This document shows, piece after piece, positions 56,995 through 64,000 of a DNA stretch of 64,000 nucleotides (positions are counted from its first letter, which is position 1; each line of letters starts with the position of its first letter). The notes under the pieces are model-generated. The model was not told the DNA's origin, made no database searches, and saw only the letters and a program-made list of their open reading frames with translations. The stretch is from Paracoccaceae bacterium (lineage in GTDB: Bacteria; Pseudomonadota; Alphaproteobacteria; Rhodobacterales; Rhodobacteraceae). A program made the translations under genes and the position numbers. The DNA lies in contig JBJHCH010000004.1 in assembly GCA_050485905.1 (NCBI GenBank), positions 150 through 64,149 of the forward strand, given 5' to 3'.

Positions 56995-57729
56995 TCAGTC
57001 GAACAGCGGCACGTCCGCGCCGAACCATTGCGCAAGAAGTTCGTTGAGCGAGCCGTCCGCCTTCATCGAGTCGATCGCGTCGTTGAAGGTTGCGCGCAAC
57101 TCATCGTCCGACTGACGGATGCCCATGCTGACGCCCTGTCCCGGCGGCATCACGGTGTCGAGGAATTCGAACTCGCCGCCCGAATCTGCCATGTAGGTCA
57201 TCAGGAAGTCCCGGTCGGCGAGCACGGCATCGGCCACGCCGGACCGCACGGCGGCGATCGTTTCATCCGGTGTCGGAAACTCGATCAGCGTCGCCCCGCT
57301 TTCCGCGACCATCCCGGACTGAACGGTGTTCGACTGCGCCGCGATCACGCCCGACTCGATCACCCCATGATCGGTGCCGGCCAGCGCCATGTAGGCCGAC
57401 GGGTCGGGTCGCTTGTAGGCCTGGGTGAACGAGATTACTTCGGCGCGCGCCTCGGTCGCGTTCATGCCGGCGATGATCGTGTCGTAGTTGCCGCCCACCA
57501 GGTTGGGAATGATGGTGTCCCAGTCGTTCATCACCCATTCGCAGGTAAGTCCGGCGCGCTCGCAAAGCTCGTTGCCGAGGTCGATCTCGAAACCGACCAG
57601 TTCATTGGCCTCGTTGACGAAGTTGAACGGCGGATAGGCCCCTTCGGTGCCCATGCGCACCACATCCTGCGACAGTGCAGCGCCTGCGCTGAGCGCGAGG
57701 GCAGCCATGGCGAGTGTCAGTCTTTTCAT
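56995..57729 (-). CDS. ABC transporter substrate-binding protein (family 3)
   Basis: 244 aa. Signal peptide MKRLTLAMAALALSAGAALS. GTEGAYPPFNF and DTIIAGMNAT motifs. Confidence 0.85.
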   Translation of the reverse strand: MKRLTLAMAALALSAGAALSQDVVRMGTEGAYPPFNFVNEANELVGFEIDLGNELCERAGLTCEWVMNDWDTIIPNLVGGNYDTIIAGMNATEARAEVISFTQAYKRPDPSAYMALAGTDHGVIESGVIAAQSNTVQSGMVAESGATLIEFPTPDETIAAVRSGVADAVLADRDFLMTYMADSGGEFEFLDTVMPPGQGVSMGIRQSDDELRATFNDAIDSMKADGSLNELLAQWFGADVPLFD

Positions 57730-57753
57730 TGCAGTCTCCCTGTTGATTGATTG

Positions 57754-58533
57754 TCAGGCCGCAGCCGAGGCTGAAAGGAACTGCCGCAACCGTTCGCTTT
57801 TCGGCTGCCCGAAAAGCTGGTCCGGCGGTCCCTCCTCCTCGATCCGGCCGAGGTGAAGAAAGATGACATGGTCCGACACGTCAGCGGCCAGCCGCATGTC
57901 GTGGGTCACAAGGATCATCGTGCGCCCCTCTTCGGCCAGCGCCTTGATGACCCGCACCACCTCCTGCTCCAGTTCCGGGTCAAGCGCAGAGGTCGGTTCG
58001 TCGAACAGAAGCGCGCGCGGCTCCATGCAAAGCGCGCGGGCGATGGCCGCGCGCTGCTGCTGGCCGCCTGACATCATCGCAGGATAGACATCGGCCTTGT
58101 CGCCAATCCCCACCTTGTCGAGCAGCGCCCGCGCGCGCGTCTCGACGGTCGCGCGATCGTGCTTCAGCACCGTCAGCGGTGCCTCCATCACGTTTTCCAG
58201 CACAGTCATGTGAGACCACAGGTTGAACTGCTGGAACACCATCGACAGGTTGGTGCGAATGCGGATGACCTGCGTCTTGTCGGCCGGGTGGCGGTGCATG
58301 CCGCTGCCCTTCCAGCGCACCGGCTCGCCGTCGAAGATCACGTCGCCCTGCTGGCTTTCCTCCAGCAGGTTGCAGCAGCGCAGCAGCGTGGACTTGCCCG
58401 AGCCGGACGATCCGATCAGCGAGATCACCTTGCCCCGCGACGCCCGAAGGTCGACCCCCTTGAGGACTTCAAGTTCGCCATAGCTCTTGTGCAGATCGCG
58501 GATTTCGATCACTGGCGGGGCGGTTTCGGTCAC
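57754..58533 (-). CDS. ABC transporter ATP-binding protein (polar amino-acid type)
   Basis: Track ORF 57754..58593. A GTG start at 58533 is likely. Walker A GSSGSGKST, signature MSGGQQQR, Walker B LLFDEPTSALD. Confidence 0.85.
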   Translation of the reverse strand: MTETAPPVIEIRDLHKSYGELEVLKGVDLRASRGKVISLIGSSGSGKSTLLRCCNLLEESQQGDVIFDGEPVRWKGSGMHRHPADKTQVIRIRTNLSMVFQQFNLWSHMTVLENVMEAPLTVLKHDRATVETRARALLDKVGIGDKADVYPAMMSGGQQQRAAIARALCMEPRALLFDEPTSALDPELEQEVVRVIKALAEEGRTMILVTHDMRLAADVSDHVIFLHLGRIEEEGPPDQLFGQPKSERLRQFLSASAAA

Positions 58534-58653
58534 TTGGGCACGCGCAATTTGCTGACGATACCTCAATAGGGCGCAGATTCGGCGCGATTGCAACGGTCCA
58601 AAGCGCCATTACGCGGCGGAAACGACCGGAGGATGATGCCGCCGTCAGACCGC

Positions 58654-59397
58654 TCAACCGATGGGCGGATTTGCGACGCATTGATAGGAGGATGGTGGAA
58701 TGATGCACAGGCACTGCAGCATCAGCGCAGAGCGGTCGATGGCGGGCAGCGCGGCGATTGCCTGGCTTATTGCGCGACGCAGCGGAATAGGGTCGCGGCC
58801 GCGCGCGGTGATCAGCGGCAAGCCGGGTGTCGGACGCGTCCAGCCCGCGACGCGAAGACCGGGGGCCAAACCTTCACGCGACAGCAAGTGCCAAGTCACC
58901 GCATCAAGCGCCGCCCAATCGGCTTGCCCTTCCATGACAGCGCTGGCCGAAGCGCGGTGACTCCCCGTCCAGATCACGGGCCGCAGCCGGAACCCCAGCG
59001 CCGCCGCCTCGACCGCAGGCGCGGCCCAACCGGATTGCGACATCGCCTCGTTCGCGGCCATCGGAGCATCGGCGAGTTCCGCCAGGCCTGTGCGGGCGTC
59101 ATCTGCACGGGTGACCAGAACTGACCGATACTGTCCCGGTGCGCAGCCTTCGACACCATAGTCCGGCGTGCCGACCAGCGTCACCGCACTCTGCAGGCGC
59201 GCACGGTAGGGATAGCCGCAGGTCTGCGCGAGCAGCAAATCGGGATCGGTCCAGATTTCCCACAGGTCGTCCTGGCGGGTCAGATGCTCGGGTGCTGTAA
59301 TCCCCGCCGCGCGCAGGTGGTCGCGGATCAGCGCCCAGAAACGGTCGTTCGACGCCGCAACTGCGGGCGCGTCATACATTGAAAGTGCGGCAATCAC
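58654..59397 (-). CDS. PhnD/SsuA-like periplasmic-binding-fold protein without a signal peptide
   Basis: 247 aa. N-terminus MIAALSMYDAPAVAASNDRFW and the segment LAQTCGYPY resemble PhnD-like type-2 binding-protein folds. No hydrophobic leader. The start overlaps the TerB stop. Confidence 0.65.
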   Translation of the reverse strand: MIAALSMYDAPAVAASNDRFWALIRDHLRAAGITAPEHLTRQDDLWEIWTDPDLLLAQTCGYPYRARLQSAVTLVGTPDYGVEGCAPGQYRSVLVTRADDARTGLAELADAPMAANEAMSQSGWAAPAVEAAALGFRLRPVIWTGSHRASASAVMEGQADWAALDAVTWHLLSREGLAPGLRVAGWTRPTPGLPLITARGRDPIPLRRAISQAIAALPAIDRSALMLQCLCIIPPSSYQCVANPPIG

Positions 59398-59840
59398 CCC
59401 GCCCTGCGGGACGCGGCGCGCTGGCGCGCCAATGCCGAGTCACGGTCGTTGATACCCAGCAGGCTGGCCACCAGCCGCAGCACCCCGTCCTCCTCCGCAT
59501 CGCGCTGACCATCCGCGAGCGCGACCGACCACAGCGCCTCGACCACGTCGCCGCGATCTTCCAGTGCGACGGCGTCCTTGATCGCCCTCGTAAACCGCAC
59601 GGTGTCTGGCGCCTCGCTCTCAAGAACCTCCGCATCGGCACGCACCGCGGCTGCCTCGACCGGCGTCAGACCGTGTCGCTCCGCCAGAAGCGCATCGATG
59701 CACGCCGTCTCGGGCGCGGCGTAATGGCCGTCGGCGCGGGCCACGCGCACCATCAGGGCCGCCAGCGCGAGTCGCGCCTCGGGGTCGGGCAGCGGCTCGG
59801 GCGCGGGTTCCGTCAGGCGTCGGATCAGGTCTGCAAACAT
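59394..59840 (-). CDS. TerB-family (tellurite-resistance-like) protein
   Basis: Track ORF 59394..59879. I moved the start to ATG 59840 (MFADLIRRL). Paired TerB motifs (VARADGHYAAPE and ALADGQRDAEEDGVL). Confidence 0.75.
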   Translation of the reverse strand: MFADLIRRLTEPAPEPLPDPEARLALAALMVRVARADGHYAAPETACIDALLAERHGLTPVEAAAVRADAEVLESEAPDTVRFTRAIKDAVALEDRGDVVEALWSVALADGQRDAEEDGVLRLVASLLGINDRDSALARQRAASRRAG

Positions 59841-59894
59841 CGCTAGGTTATAGGTGTCGGTCGGGGCGATGCCAAGCAAGCCGCCGGGTCGCGC

Positions 59895-60452
59895 TCAATC
59901 ACCAAGGCGCGAGAGCTTGGTCTGGAGCTGGGCCAACTGCTTCTTGATTTCGGCCAGTTCCTGGGCCGGAGTCTGCGCCTCGACCTCTGGCTCTTCCTCC
60001 GGCTCGGGTGCAGTCGCACTCCAACCAGCCATCATGGACTTCAGGAACGCCTGCTGCTGGCGCTGCAGCGCCTCGAAGCCGGGCATCTGGGCCATCGGGT
60101 GTTTCGAGAGGTTCTCCACCATCTTCGACTGGCCGTCCCGCAAGAGTTCAAAGGACATGGCCAGAAACTGGGGCACCACGCTTTGCGCCTGTGTGGTGTA
60201 GCTGCGCACCAGATCGGTCAACACATTGAGCGGCAGGACATTCTCGCCCCGGCTCTCGTGCTCGGCAATTATCTGCAACAGATACTGGCGGGTCAGATCG
60301 TCGCCAGACTTCAGATCGACGATCTTCACTTCGCGGCCGGCACGGATGAAGCCCGCGATGTCATCCAGCGTGACATAGTCGCTGGTCTCGGTGTTGTAGA
60401 GACGGCGGCTGGCGTACCGCTTGACCAGAAGCGGCTTGTCTGTCGCGCCCAT
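59895..60452 (-). CDS. phaR: Polyhydroxyalkanoate synthesis repressor PhaR
   Basis: Track ORF 59895..60542. I moved the start to ATG 60452. LVKRYASRRLYNTETSDYVTLDDI is the PhaR signature. Confidence 0.9.
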   Translation of the reverse strand: MGATDKPLLVKRYASRRLYNTETSDYVTLDDIAGFIRAGREVKIVDLKSGDDLTRQYLLQIIAEHESRGENVLPLNVLTDLVRSYTTQAQSVVPQFLAMSFELLRDGQSKMVENLSKHPMAQMPGFEALQRQQQAFLKSMMAGWSATAPEPEEEPEVEAQTPAQELAEIKKQLAQLQTKLSRLGD

Positions 60453-60468
60453 CTGCCCTCTCCCGATT

Positions 60469-60479
60469 TTGCACTGCAG
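60469..60479. promoter_or_regulatory. PhaR-box-like site (TTGC-N3-GCAG, one mismatch) upstream of phaR
   Basis: ttgcactgcag lies 17 nt upstream of the phaR start. Compare the perfect CTGC-N3-GCAG boxes upstream of phaP. Confidence 0.4.
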
Positions 60480-60503
60480 CAGCAGCTTAGGCGAGGGTTT
60501 CGC

Positions 60504-60534
60504 AAAAGAAAAGGGCGGGCACAAAGGCCCGCCC
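60504..60534 (-). terminator. Intrinsic terminator after phaP
   Basis: The minus strand reads gggcgggc-ctttgt-gcccgccc followed by ttttctttt. Confidence 0.75.
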
Positions 60535-60582
60535 AGCGTCACGTCCGACAGGGAGGAGGTGTCGACGCGGCGTTCTCACTCG

Positions 60583-61029
60583 TTAAGCGGCAGCCGAGAC
60601 TTTTTTCGCGGCCGTCGTCACTTCGGCAGTGGCTTTCTTCACTGCAGCGGTGGCGTCTTCCGAGAAGTCCTTGCCCGCGGCCAGCATCAGCTCGACGGTT
60701 TCCATCTGCACTTTCTTGGCGACTTCGGCGTAGGCGGCCATGTTCTCGGCAGCCATCTCGGCCGAAGCGGAAGCGAAATCGCTCAGCGCTTTGGTGTAGT
60801 CGGTCGGCTCGCTTTTCACTTTCGCCAGCTCGCCAACTTTCGCGATCGAGTCCTTCGTCCATTTCGAAGAGATCTCGGCGTTCTTGTCAGCGGCTTCCAG
60901 AGCCACCTTCGTCATCTTCTCACCCAGCAGGGCCGAGGTCTTGAACGCTTCCTGAACCGCTTTGGTGTCAACGGGGAAAGCTGCCATCATGTCCTGCATC
61001 ATCTTGGTGTAGTCGTTCGTCTTGGCCAT
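60583..61029 (-). CDS. phaP: Phasin (PHA granule-associated protein)
   Basis: 148 aa. Ala/Lys/Glu-rich amphipathic helices (MAKTNDYTKMMQDMMAAFPVDTKAVQEAFK). RBS aaggag. Located between phaC and phaR. Confidence 0.9.
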   Translation of the reverse strand: MAKTNDYTKMMQDMMAAFPVDTKAVQEAFKTSALLGEKMTKVALEAADKNAEISSKWTKDSIAKVGELAKVKSEPTDYTKALSDFASASAEMAAENMAAYAEVAKKVQMETVELMLAAGKDFSEDATAAVKKATAEVTTAAKKVSAAA

Positions 61030-61085
61030 CTCGTCATCTCCTTACGCTGGGTCCATCCCGTTTGCGTCTGCAGAAGATATACGCG

Positions 61086-61096
61086 CTGCATTGCAG
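61086..61096. promoter_or_regulatory. PhaR box CTGC-N3-GCAG (proximal) in the phaP promoter region
   Basis: ctgcattgcag, a perfect palindromic box in the phaC-phaP intergenic region. Confidence 0.5.
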
Positions 61097-61114
61097 CATT
61101 TCAAGATCTTTTTT

Positions 61115-61125
61115 CTGCACTGCAG
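61115..61125. promoter_or_regulatory. PhaR box CTGC-N3-GCAG (distal) in the phaP promoter region
   Basis: ctgcactgcag, a second perfect box 29 nt from the first. Confidence 0.5.
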
Positions 61126-61149
61126 CATGGCCGGCAGAAGACGGCCAAA

Positions 61150-62943
61150 TCAATGATTTGGGTCTGCCACGACGTAGGTTCCAGGTGCGGGACAAATGAC
61201 CGGATGGCTCGAATCGCCCGGTATGCGTGCATCGACCTTGGCGCCCGAGCGGCGCGCAAGCCAATCCGACCAGCGCGGCCACCACGATCCTTCGTGGTAC
61301 GTCGCACCAGCCTTCCATTCGTCAGCAGTCGCCCCACCGGCGTCATTGACGTAGTGACCATACTTCTTCTTGCTCGGCGGATTGACGATGCCCGCGATGT
61401 GACCTGACTCCGAAAGGATGAATGTCTTCTCGCGCGCGCTCATCTTCGCCACGCCCGCATAGCTCGATTTCCAGCCGGCGATGTGATCGGTTTCGCAAGC
61501 GATCGCGCAGAGCGGAACCTTTACATCGCGAAGCGACAACTCCTCGCCAGCCAGCAGGAAGGTGGACGAGGCGAACAGGTCGTCCTGGCAGAGCCCGCGC
61601 AGGTATTCGACCGCCATGCGCGCCGGAAGGTTTGTGCCGTCGCCGTTCCAGTAAAGCAGATCGAATGCCGGTGGCGCCTCGCCCAGCATGTAGCTGCGGA
61701 TCGCCGGCTGGTAGACCAGATCGTTCGAGCGCAGGAACGAGAAGGTGCGCGACATGAAGAACTTGTGCAGGCACCCCTTCTCGCTCACCTCCCGTTCGAT
61801 GCCATCGACGAAATCGTCATCCAGAAAGACGCCAACCTCACCCTGATCGGCAAAGTCGGTGAGCGTGGTGAAAAAGGTCGCCGAGCGGATCGACTTGTCG
61901 CCACGCTTTTCCATGAGCGCGAGCGTCAGTGCCAGCGTGGTGCCCGCAATGCAGTACCCCACCACGTTGATCTTTTCCTCGCCGGTGATCTGCTTCACCT
62001 GGCTGATCGCGGCCAGGTACCCCTCTTCCACATAGGTATCCATCCCGACATCGCGGTAGCTCGCATCTGGGTTTACCCAGCTCACCACGAACAACGTGTA
62101 GCCCTGATCGACGATCCAGCGGATCAGGCTGTTCTGAGGTTTCAGATCCAGCACATAGAACTTGTTGATCCACGGCGGAAAGATGATCAGCGGCGTGCGA
62201 TGCACCTTTTCGGTACGCGGCGCATACTGGATCAGTTCGAACATTCGATTCCGATAGACGACGGAACCCTCGGTAGTGGCAATGTTCTCGCCCACCTTGA
62301 AGGCGTCCTTGTCCGCCAGTGTCACCAGCAAGTCGCCGTCGTTCGCCTCGATGTCACGCACCAGGTTCTCCAAACCGCGGACAAGGCTCTCGCCATCGGT
62401 CTCGACGGCCTTGGCCAGCGCCTCCGGATTGGTGCCAAGGAAGTTGGATGGCGCGAACATGTCGATGATCTGGCGGGTGAAGTACTCCACCCGCTTCTTG
62501 TCCTTGGGTTCGATGTGCTCCAGATCCGCGACCGCCCGCTCCATCGCCTCGGATGACATCAGGTATTGCTGCTTGAGGTAGTTGAAATAGGGATGCGTCT
62601 CCCACAGCGGGTTGGAGAATCGCCGGTCCCTTGGGGTGTTGTCGGGCGGTGGGGTGAGTCGGCCCTTGGCGAGTTCCTGCTGCGCCTCCACGTAGTGCTT
62701 CAGTGACTTCCCCCAGTAGGACACCTGATGCTCGATGATTTTCGAGGGGTTCTGCATCATTTCTGCAACATAGGCCGCAGCCGCCTTCATGAACACGTCA
62801 TGCGACGGACCCTGCAGCCCCGGATCGGCCGATTTGCGGCGAGAAATGGCGGAAACGAGCCTCTGCGACAACTCCTCGACCTTGGCGAGGTTGGCGTTCA
62901 GACGCTCCAGCTTGGCGGCTGCGTCCTCTTCGTTAGTTGTCAT
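61150..62943 (-). CDS. phaC: Class I poly(R)-hydroxyalkanoate synthase
   Basis: 597 aa. Lipase-box-like active site GYCIAGT and conserved N-terminal PhaC domain segments. Confidence 0.95.
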   Translation of the reverse strand: MTTNEEDAAAKLERLNANLAKVEELSQRLVSAISRRKSADPGLQGPSHDVFMKAAAAYVAEMMQNPSKIIEHQVSYWGKSLKHYVEAQQELAKGRLTPPPDNTPRDRRFSNPLWETHPYFNYLKQQYLMSSEAMERAVADLEHIEPKDKKRVEYFTRQIIDMFAPSNFLGTNPEALAKAVETDGESLVRGLENLVRDIEANDGDLLVTLADKDAFKVGENIATTEGSVVYRNRMFELIQYAPRTEKVHRTPLIIFPPWINKFYVLDLKPQNSLIRWIVDQGYTLFVVSWVNPDASYRDVGMDTYVEEGYLAAISQVKQITGEEKINVVGYCIAGTTLALTLALMEKRGDKSIRSATFFTTLTDFADQGEVGVFLDDDFVDGIEREVSEKGCLHKFFMSRTFSFLRSNDLVYQPAIRSYMLGEAPPAFDLLYWNGDGTNLPARMAVEYLRGLCQDDLFASSTFLLAGEELSLRDVKVPLCAIACETDHIAGWKSSYAGVAKMSAREKTFILSESGHIAGIVNPPSKKKYGHYVNDAGGATADEWKAGATYHEGSWWPRWSDWLARRSGAKVDARIPGDSSHPVICPAPGTYVVADPNH

Positions 62944-63043
62944 ATTAATCGATCCCCCCTATCTTTCCGCCCTGCAGCATACCGTCGCCGTGTCCGGGGG
63001 GAAAGCGACGATTGGGCCGGGCTCCTCCCGGTATGGAGACGAC

Positions 63044-64000
63044 ATGAAGCACATGGCCACCTACGATCTGATGGAAACGGTGCGCAACACCAACGAATGG
63101 ATGGGCGCAAGCGCGCGGGCGATGGCCTCCTATCCGATCTGGGGCCTGGTACCGCACCCTATGTTCAAGATCATGTCCGCCTGGGGTCGTGTGACGGAAC
63201 GCGCCTTTGCCCGGATGGTCATCAAGCCGGACTGGGAAATCAAGTCGGTGGTGGGCGCGGATGGCCGCGATCATCTGGTGCAGGTCGAACCGCTGGTACG
63301 CCGTCCCTTTGGCGATCTGGTGCATTTCAGCGTACAGGGCCGCGAGCCGATGCCGCGCAAGGTGCTGCTGATCGCGCCGATGTCGGGGCACTATGCGACG
63401 CTTCTCAAATCCACGGTCATCAGTCTGCTGCCGGATTGCGATGTCTATGTGACAGACTGGCACAACGCCCGCGATATCCCTGTCTCTGCCGGCAAGTTCG
63501 ATATTGAGGATTACACGCTCTACCTCGTCGATTTCATGCGCTACCTCGGCCCCGACATTCATGTGATCGCTGTCTGCCAGCCGGTGCCGCTGGCGCTCGC
63601 CGCCACCGCCTATCTGGCCGAGGAGGATCCTGAGGCACAGCCCCGAACACTGACCCTGATCGGCGGGCCGGTCGATCCCGACGCGGCCCCGACCGAGGTG
63701 ACCGACTTTGGTCGCCGCGTCACGATGGGCCAGCTCGAACACCTCGCCATCCAGCGGGTCGGGTTCAAGTATGCCGGGGTCGGGCGGCTGGTCTATCCGG
63801 GGCTGCTGCAGCTTGCCTCATTCATCTCGATGAACATGGATCGCCATACGCAGGCGTTCAGCGATCAGATTGCCCGCGCGGCCAAGGGCGAGGCGTCGGA
63901 GCACGACAAGCACAACCGCTTCTATGACGAATACCTGGCCGTGATGGACATGACGGCGGAATTCTACCTCTCGACGGTCGAGCGGATCTTCAAGCGCCGC
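63044..64000 (+). CDS. phaZ: Intracellular PHA depolymerase (5' part; the gene runs off the window)
   Basis: Not in the ORF track because it has no stop inside the window. My translation from ATG 63044 (RBS ggag) gives MKHMATYDLMETVRNTNEWMGASARA...LLIAPMSGHYATLL...VCQP, with 319 open codons to the window edge. Divergent from phaC. Confidence 0.9.
   Translation, partial: MKHMATYDLMETVRNTNEWMGASARAMASYPIWGLVPHPMFKIMSAWGRVTERAFARMVIKPDWEIKSVVGADGRDHLVQVEPLVRRPFGDLVHFSVQGREPMPRKVLLIAPMSGHYATLLKSTVISLLPDCDVYVTDWHNARDIPVSAGKFDIEDYTLYLVDFMRYLGPDIHVIAVCQPVPLALAATAYLAEEDPEAQPRTLTLIGGPVDPDAAPTEVTDFGRRVTMGQLEHLAIQRVGFKYAGVGRLVYPGLLQLASFISMNMDRHTQAFSDQIARAAKGEASEHDKHNRFYDEYLAVMDMTAEFYLSTVERIFKRR

Overview
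GC-rich, almost fully coding chromosomal segment that looks alphaproteobacterial (Rhodobacteraceae-like), with about 60 protein genes. Many are translationally coupled through ATGA or GTGA overlaps. I found no rRNA, tRNA, CRISPR array, transposase, integrase or phage genes. Gene content from left to right: (1) the distal part of a Sox thiosulfate-oxidation cluster (soxY 3' end, soxZ, B, C, D, E, F); (2) a TetR / aminotransferase / ThDP-enzyme operon, divergent from an amino-acid ABC importer that has no ATPase gene; (3) a small variable patch with an orphan NeuC-like epimerase, a DUF2177 protein and a lower-GC VPLPA-CTERM secreted protein; (4) ubiK and lgt-methyltransferase-pgeF; (5) a carnitine / gamma-butyrobetaine catabolic cluster with an embedded lipocalin; (6) yebC and two convergent SLC13 permeases; (7) mgtE, 5-formyl-THF cyclo-ligase, ymdB and a DMT transporter; (8) guaD; (9) the propionate assimilation locus (mcm, pccA, pccB, pccR) interrupted by several tiny secreted or lipoprotein ORFs; (10) a divergent pair of a NOX-type flavocytochrome b and a periplasmic pentaheme cytochrome c; (11) a gamma-glutamylation-type amine catabolic cluster (two GS-like genes, a GATase, an FAD oxidase) with an octopine-type ABC importer; (12) a PhnD-like protein and TerB; (13) phaR-phaP-phaC with divergent phaZ. 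Two observations stand out. The first is the NOX-like / pentaheme cytochrome c pair, a possible NAD(P)H-driven outward electron-transfer module. The second is a roughly 75-nt repeat family with four copies, each placed a few nucleotides after the stop codon of a gene reading into it and each ending in a palindrome whose sequence varies but whose symmetry is kept. Most of the window is ordinary core metabolism. The many long antisense ORFs in the six-frame track are artefacts of high GC content.
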